Source: Takakia lepidozioides | Taxonomy: Eukaryota > Plantae > Bryophyta | Direction: 5' to 3' | NCBI GenBank assembly: GCA_030704615.1 | Contig: CM060734.1 | Span: 26,536,001 to 26,600,000 of the forward strand | DNA: 64,000 nt | Shown here: in pieces, positions 57,590-64,000 of the stretch | Numbering within the stretch: position 1 is the stretch's first letter | How the letters are laid out: every line of letters starts with the position of its first letter | Notes under the pieces: model-generated | What the model saw: only the letters and a program-made list of their open reading frames with translations | Database searches by the model: none | Told to the model about the DNA's origin: nothing | Program-made: the position numbers and the translations under genes

Positions 57590-60500
57590 TGTAAGGACGG
57601 GTTGCGATCTGTCTATTCTCCCATTTCACTTATCCAGTAGGTCCACACGGTGACAACACTTGGCAAATTGGAATTAGGATATTGTATAGCGATGAAATAT
57701 CGCAACAACAGCAGGACGGTGCATCGGAACAACGGCGGAACGGACGACTTCAGAGCGGAGCGTGGCCAGCCAAACGGTGCAAATGGGTAGTTGGAGGTGA
57801 CTTCCAAGGGTACAAGATCAAGTGGCAGGATTCAAGACTCCAGGGGCATCACCATTAGGAGAATTTCCAGGGAAGCAGCAGACTTCCTATGCGGCGGATC
57901 CACGGAGAACGGCGTTTGGAATTGGTTTTTAACTCCGATTGACCCGAGGATTTACATGCAATTATGGAGCACCTAATCATAATTTATCACCAAGTTTTGT
58001 GATTTATGGTTAAGGTTATCAACGGCACCGAAATACGAGGCTACGACACTTGCGACGACTGATTTAAATAATTTTCTATGGATTTCATTGGAGGAAAAGG
58101 CTCAAATTCGCCTTAAAAGGTTGAGCGGATGATAACCGTCACCTAGCGGTCAAACAAGATGAAGAAAATCCCTTTGATCGGTTTCCCGGATGAGTTCCAT
58201 CCAAATATTTGTTTATTGAACTTTAGTAGTTTTTTTAATTATATCTCCCTCTAGTTTATATTAGTTTAAGACTATTCTACAATATTTTTAGAGCCCCAAA
58301 AATAGTATAAAAGAAGGGCAAGGCTTCCTTGTTTCTTCACCTAGTTCATTTCTTTGTTTTGCTCTTGCTTTGTTGTAGTTTAGTTTGCTAGAGGGAGCCT
58401 AGGTCCTAGGGAGTGGAGCTTGAAGCTCCCTAGTTAGGAAGGAGTGTTGATTTTGAGAGCTAAGGCGAGAAAGCTAGCTCGTTGTGGGCCTTGAGGCCAT
58501 TTGCTTTGATAAAGAAGGAAGTTCGTGATCACTAGAGAGTAGATTGGAGAGACTTGGGACAAGTAGAGAGCTATGGGTAGACAATGTTGACATGCACCTA
58601 GAGAAAGGGCCTCACAAGAGCCACACCATCGAGCCATTAGAGCATCCCAAGCTCACATTGCTCCTAGGTTGATAAACCACTTACCTTACTTTGCTTTGAT
58701 GTTTGCTTTGCTATTCCATTTGAGTTTGCAAGACAGGCCCATAAGAGACTCTCTCTTATATGTGAAAAACTAACCCTCTAGGGAAAGAGGAGAGCTTAGT
58801 TGAGAGAGAAAGGTTCATTTGTTAAAGGAGCAAGGACTCCATTGTGGGTTGAAGTCATATGACGTGGTACATGTGTTAAGGAGAAGGAAACTTCCTTAAA
58901 AGCTAAGAGTGAGAAGGCCTCTTAGGCCACAAATCCATAGGATCATATATATATTTCTTTATTGCTGTGCTTTTGAGTTTTTAAAGTGAAAAGGTTCCGG
59001 AAAGAGAGGACCAGCGAGGCGGTTAGTATCTAGGAGGGCTAGGGTGGCTATACTAACTCACTAACCCCCCCTAAAAGACAGGGAGATCTTAGAGTAGGGA
59101 GTGGAGTTTCATTCTTTTGTTTTTTTGTTGTTTATTCCCATTATGAGGCGCCATTGAGGCCCGCTCAAGTAGGGATAGAGTCGCCATAAGCTTAAGAGGC
59201 GAGGGAACTTTGTGCGCTGGGCCCCGCAGCCACGCGCCGAGGCGCTGAGGGCGCGGGGCCTGCGTTGACTGTTGTACTTGAGGAAAGGACACACACGCGT
59301 GGCAGAGCATAAGCGTGCGGGCAGGCTGAGAGCCTCGCGCGTAGGACCGCCGAGCGGCTGCGATTGGCGGCGGACCGCTGGACGGCGTAGCAGACATACA
59401 CTGGACGGACCGCTGGATAACCCGCACGTGCGGCCGCGCCTAAGAGGGCTCCGCCACGTGTCCATGGAGCTTTTACCCAGCGGACGCCCCCTGGGGGGGG
59501 GGTGTTTAAGGGGGTTTTATGAACCCTTCTCTATTGTTTATTGGGGAAAGCCTCTTAGCTTTGATTTTTGCTGTATCAACAAATTTAAGGGTAGGAAAAA
59601 TCCGAGAGCCAGGGAGGAGATAGCTTAGAGAGTGGCCTCTCTTTTGGATTGGGCCTTTGAGAGTGAGGAGCCCCGAGCTACACGCCGAGACAGCGGCAAA
59701 GAGGTTTTGGGTACAAACTACTCTATCCTAGTTTTTAGGCTACAGTAATGAATAGTGAAAGGGAGAGAGGTAGGGAATGACTTATTCTAAGGTAGGAAAG
59801 CGCTCTTGCTCCCTTATTTAATTATATTCTATAAGCGCCTAGAGGAAGAATCGGCTTGGCCCACCAGGCAGGGTAGGTCGCGGCAACGCACGTTTTGGCT
59901 GGCGGATGAACTACGATTTCATCCGCCTCTATTGTTTTCATCCGTCGGGCAGGGGCGGTGGTTCCCCCCATGTGGGAATAGGTTCCCGGGGTTCCCAACG
60001 ATCAGGTGCGTTCTCAGGGCGTTCCCTGTGGCCCCTGCAAGTAATTCCTGGATCCCTGGGATCTGGAGCAGATTCTCTGCCCAATGGTCATTTTTATTAT
60101 TTTTCCATTTATTTATTTATTTGAGGTTATTTGTTGGGAAGGAAAATAGGAGAAATTGGATTATAGCTTTGGAATCGATTTAAACCCTTCGGCCCCTTAG
60201 ATTTGGGAAGTTCGGAAGGAGTGTTGGCCCGTCCTGAGAGGTGCTTGAATTCAACCACCCATGAATCGGAGGGGCCTTGAGGAAGAGAAGATCTCATTTT
60301 CTCCCTAAACCCGGTAGGTGCTTTGTGAAGGGACGAAGGGAAGTCCCGGCTATAAGCGGCTCGGGGGTTTAGGCTAGTATGACTACTAATAAACAAAGAC
60401 TTGGAGGGCAATTAAAAAACTAAAAAAACACATAAAAAGACTGTAGGAACTAGAAACGCAACCTCGCCCTGTGAAGTAGAAATTGAATTCTCTTTGCCGG

Positions 60501-60954
60501 TAGGATTAGAATTTTTTGAGGATTCCTGCCACTAGCATTGCCGCAGACCCCTGCACTAACCACAGTTGGGGTGGTGGTTCCTTGAGCCCAACCCATTCCG
60601 CTACACACCTCGACCCCTCCTAGCTAGTATGTCGTCACCCTGACTGCGCGCGACCAGGGCTCGTCATAGCCTGGGTGCAATTTTTGGCTGTCCCTTAATG
60701 AAATTTGTTGTTGGTTGTTGCGGATGAAATCGTGGTTTGTCATCCAATGCAACTTTCTGGATGAGAACTTATGTGGATGGATTCCACTCCTTCACAACGA
60801 CATTCGGGCTATCAGTCTAGAGCTTCTAGCTGCTCGAGATAGAGAGTCATCACAGTGGGCTTCAAGCACGAGGTTGTGCGCTTAAGGGTTTTGAAGAAGT
60901 GTTTCGGCGCTTTCCTTATATTCGGCGATAGCATTTAGAGCCTGAGGGGCTACA
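57590..60954. mobile_element. LTR-like non-coding retrotransposon sequence, boundaries unresolved
   Basis: TGTAAG near 57590 after a purine-rich stretch, TATA-like tagtataaaag at ~58303, no credible ORFs, ggggctaca at ~60954. No matched LTR pair or TSD found. Confidence 0.35.
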
Positions 60955-61440
60955 TCCTGTTTTGAGTCAGCAATGGTGTCTGGCGGGATTCAGATGAACT
61001 GGGATGGGGGCAGTCAGCAGCAGGCGATGGCGGCGAGGAATTATGAGCGGGATAGAACTCTAGGCACATACATAAATGGCGGCACCGGATTGTGGCACTT
61101 ACAATACCACTCGACTTCCCATGGAAGGTAGAGACGGAGGAGAGAGATGGGGAGTTGTGGGTGATCATGAAAGAGACAATACTAGAGGAGGAGTGATTCA
61201 GTTGTAAGGAGGACACTCTCCTGGTTTTTAAATTTGTCTTGGGCATGTGAGAGAGCGGTAATATGGAGGTTAAGTCGTAGGGTGATGCATGAGAGAAGGT
61301 GACAAGTAGGATGGTCACATCGGGCACAGGCTCTGGCACAAATTCTGCAAGCACACCGGCGCGAAATGTCTCCCGTGCAATGTGATTGCGAGCTTGGGCA
61401 TCAAGTCGTGGCTGCAATATGCGTAATATACGACGCATCA

Positions 61441-64000
61441 CACTACAACAAATGGGGGGGGGGACCCCAGCCGCGCACCCACGCCTCGCGTGGCATCGAG
61501 CGTGCGACGCCAACCCCGCGGCGCCTTTTTGCGACGCCGGGCCACCGCAAACAGACCCCGCGCGTCGCAACCTAGCGCCGCGGCCAGGCGGCAACGCCCG
61601 AGCGTCGCACGGTTGCATGAAGGGCAGAAGACAGCCCTTTCGTGCGACGCCGACGCGTCGCACCCTAGCGCTGGGGCCAGTCTTCAATGCAAGGTGGCAT
61701 GAAGGGCAATAAGGCAGCCCTTTCTGGCGACGGTAGGCCGTCGCAAGTGAAAAAAGGTAGCCCTTTCTTGCCCTTTCTTTTGTCGCAGCCTTTCTTGCGA
61801 CGCCATGCTGTCGCACGGTGGCATGAAGGGCAAAAAGGCCTCTGCAACAGCCGGGCGTCGCAAATAGGGGCTGTCTTTTTATTTCAAATCCAAAAAATGC
61901 ATGTCGCATCATGCGACGGCGGGCCGTCGCGGCTTGTGACCCCCGGCCGCACAAATCCAAAAAAACGCGTCGCATTCTGCGACGCGTTGGTGTCGCAGGA
62001 AGCGACGGCCGGACTTTTTAGGTTTAGGATTTAGGACCTTTTGGGGTTCTTAGTTTTTTTTTTAAAAATATGGTACTGGGGTAGGGTGTTTGTTTTTCTT
62101 TATGGTATAGCTTCTTGTTGTGGACCTTCTTGTAGATTGTGACATTCATTTTGATAATTCTCTTGACACCACATTTGTATGTGTTGCTCCAACATATTCA
62201 TTGCCTCTCCCTTCTTTCTTGAAAGACTACCAGCCACAGCCATATTTGATAAATCATAGAAATAAGCTACAATATGCATGTACATGTACAATCAATCGAA
62301 GGGATGGGTACAGTTTGGTGCGAGAATTATTATGTAGCTTTGATTACGTGTCTTATCAAAGCTACATCGTCATAAATGGCCCGGCCCTCAAAAGACCTCC
62401 GAATCATCCTTCACCTCGTTGTCAATGGCCGTGTCTTCATCTCCTTGTTCAACATCCGTATCTTTTGGAGCTTCATCATATAGGGTCCAGGATGCATTCT
62501 CCGGGGCGTCATCATCCTCTTCTACCCCCTCTACCCAACCTCCATCATCAGCATCATTATGACCAGTCTCTCCTTCCACCGCAATTGCCTCACCCCATGG
62601 AGATCCGAGACCATGATAGATACGTCTTTCTCTTGACTGTGCATGCACAATCACCTTCCAATTTCCCCCTCTTGTTTTGTCATCGGAGAAGAAAACTTGC
62701 TCCATGTCTGAAGGCTGTGAAAAATGCTCATCGGAGGGACGATAAGTATGGTTGAGCCTATCTGCATTGACGCGCATGAAACCACAATCATCTTGCACTA
62801 GTGTTGCGGAGGGCCCCACAAGATGTGACTGGAACCGCCTTTTTTTAAAGAGAAGAGGCCGGTACCTTGTATACTGAAGTTGGAGTATGCTCTCAAGCTA
62901 TCCAATGTACTCAAGTTTGCTCATGGCAGGTCTTGTATCTCCCTTGCCCCACACAGAGTCTTGCCAATATGTGGCACACAAGCCAGAATCAAACATTGTT
63001 TTGCACTTCATGTCAAGAGCACGAATGCGGAAATGACGACCGTGAACCCAAACCGCCGTGTATGAGGTCACGAATTGAGAGGGGTCCCTTGCAATGTCTT
63101 GCACCATATCTGAAACCACCTCACCTTGAGCAACGGTGTCATAAACTGAGGTCCGAAGCCACTGTTGGAATGAACTTAGAGGCTGCAATTCCATGGGCAA
63201 GTCTTGTGAAGGAACATTCCGGCAGCCCGCTCCTCGTCGAGGGCATCTAGTAACCGGCCTTGGATGGTTCCTCCTCCATGCAAACGTCTCATCCTCTCGT
63301 TGTTGAACAAGATTATTGTATCTTGCCTCCCACTCATGTATGGATGGGGTGTTCTTCAGTATGAAGTCATGTGCTTGCTCAATCACCAAGGTCGGCAATT
63401 TTACCCTCTACAATTTTTTGGGCAAAACGATGTCCTTGGTTCGTGCATCCTCCTCTTCCTTCCACATCCGAGGGGCTTTCTCATCCACCCTTGCCATGTA
63501 CTCCGTGCAATAAAACATAGCTTCTTGCAACGTATACCCCTCCGCCATGCTACCCTCCGGGTACGCCATTTGTCTTACAAATGCTTTCAAAGTCTTCATA
63601 TAACGCTCAAGGAAGTACATCCACCAAGAATGAACGGGGCCGACAATTGAAGCCTCTTCCACTAAGTGCACTACCAAGTGCACTTGGATATCAAAGAAGG
63701 AGGGAGGAAGGTTCATCTCCAACATACACATTACATCCGCTGCCTCCTTCTTCATGCGTGGAAAATCCGCTTCCTCCAACTCTTTGGAGCAAATCCACCG
63801 GAATAAGCCTCCCAATCTGTAGATTGTCTCGCAAACCTCGGGAGTCAATGTCCTACGTACTGCAATGGGCAAGGTGTCTTGCAATATATTATGGTAGTCG
63901 TGAGACTTCAAACCATGGACAGTGTCTTTGCTGAATTTTGTACGGAGGGATGATCCATACCCGGTTGGTGTCCGGATAGCACCTATGGTGTCTCTCACTT
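61441..64000 (-). mobile_element. CACTA (En/Spm) element: terminus, subterminal repeats and 3' part of the transposase gene
   Basis: CACTACAACAAA at 61441; gcgacg/cgtcgc repeats to ~62010; continues beyond the window. Confidence 0.92.
62388..63998 (-). pseudogene. CACTA transposase C-terminal region (DUF4218 and DUF4216-like), with stops
   Basis: GLKSHDYH, PPSFFDIQVHLVVHL, GPVHSWWMYFLERYM, PEGSMAEGY; GRHFRI..TMFDSG; DEHFSQPSDMEQVFF. Confidence 0.9.

Noticed and set aside
60950-61975. 341-aa minus-strand ORF as a real gene
   Set aside because: It reads through GC-rich CACTA subterminal repeats and across the element terminus, so it is a chimeric frame.
62016-62037. Interstitial telomere repeat
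   Set aside because: Only about three degenerate TTTAGG units inside a CACTA subterminal region.

Overview
Nuclear DNA of a non-seed land plant, most likely a bryophyte (inferred from PLS-class PPR, F-box and transposon content), almost entirely nested and rearranged transposon debris. Only one intact host gene is evident: an intronless F-box/beta-propeller gene (45800-47650, +) with an unexplained N-terminal extension. From left to right: two palindrome-rich higher-order tandem arrays, probably inside a CACTA element; a chromovirus with an internal 1.74-kb inversion; a MULE/SWIM transposase pseudogene; a gag remnant cut by a CACTA end; a 5.2-kb RLE-type (Dualen/RandI-like) LINE; a shattered gene combining OSB-type PDF motifs with PLS PPR repeats; a solo LTR; LINE fragments; a non-chromoviral Ty3/Gypsy element; and a CACTA transposase. 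The best candidate for an undescribed system is the LINE. Its reconstructed ORF reads RT - chromodomain - N6-adenine-MTase-like - RNase H - CCHC - restriction-like endonuclease. It carries an inserted tRNA-derived SINE whose structured 3' tail (AGUA/GAA motif, swapped tetraloops) matches the LINE 3' end. Nearby fragments of similar composition encode a 2A-like peptide (GDIHPNPGP) and a multi-RRM ORF1-like protein. The second candidate is the PDF-motif/PPR fusion gene. All domain calls come from manual motif reading; no database searches were run.
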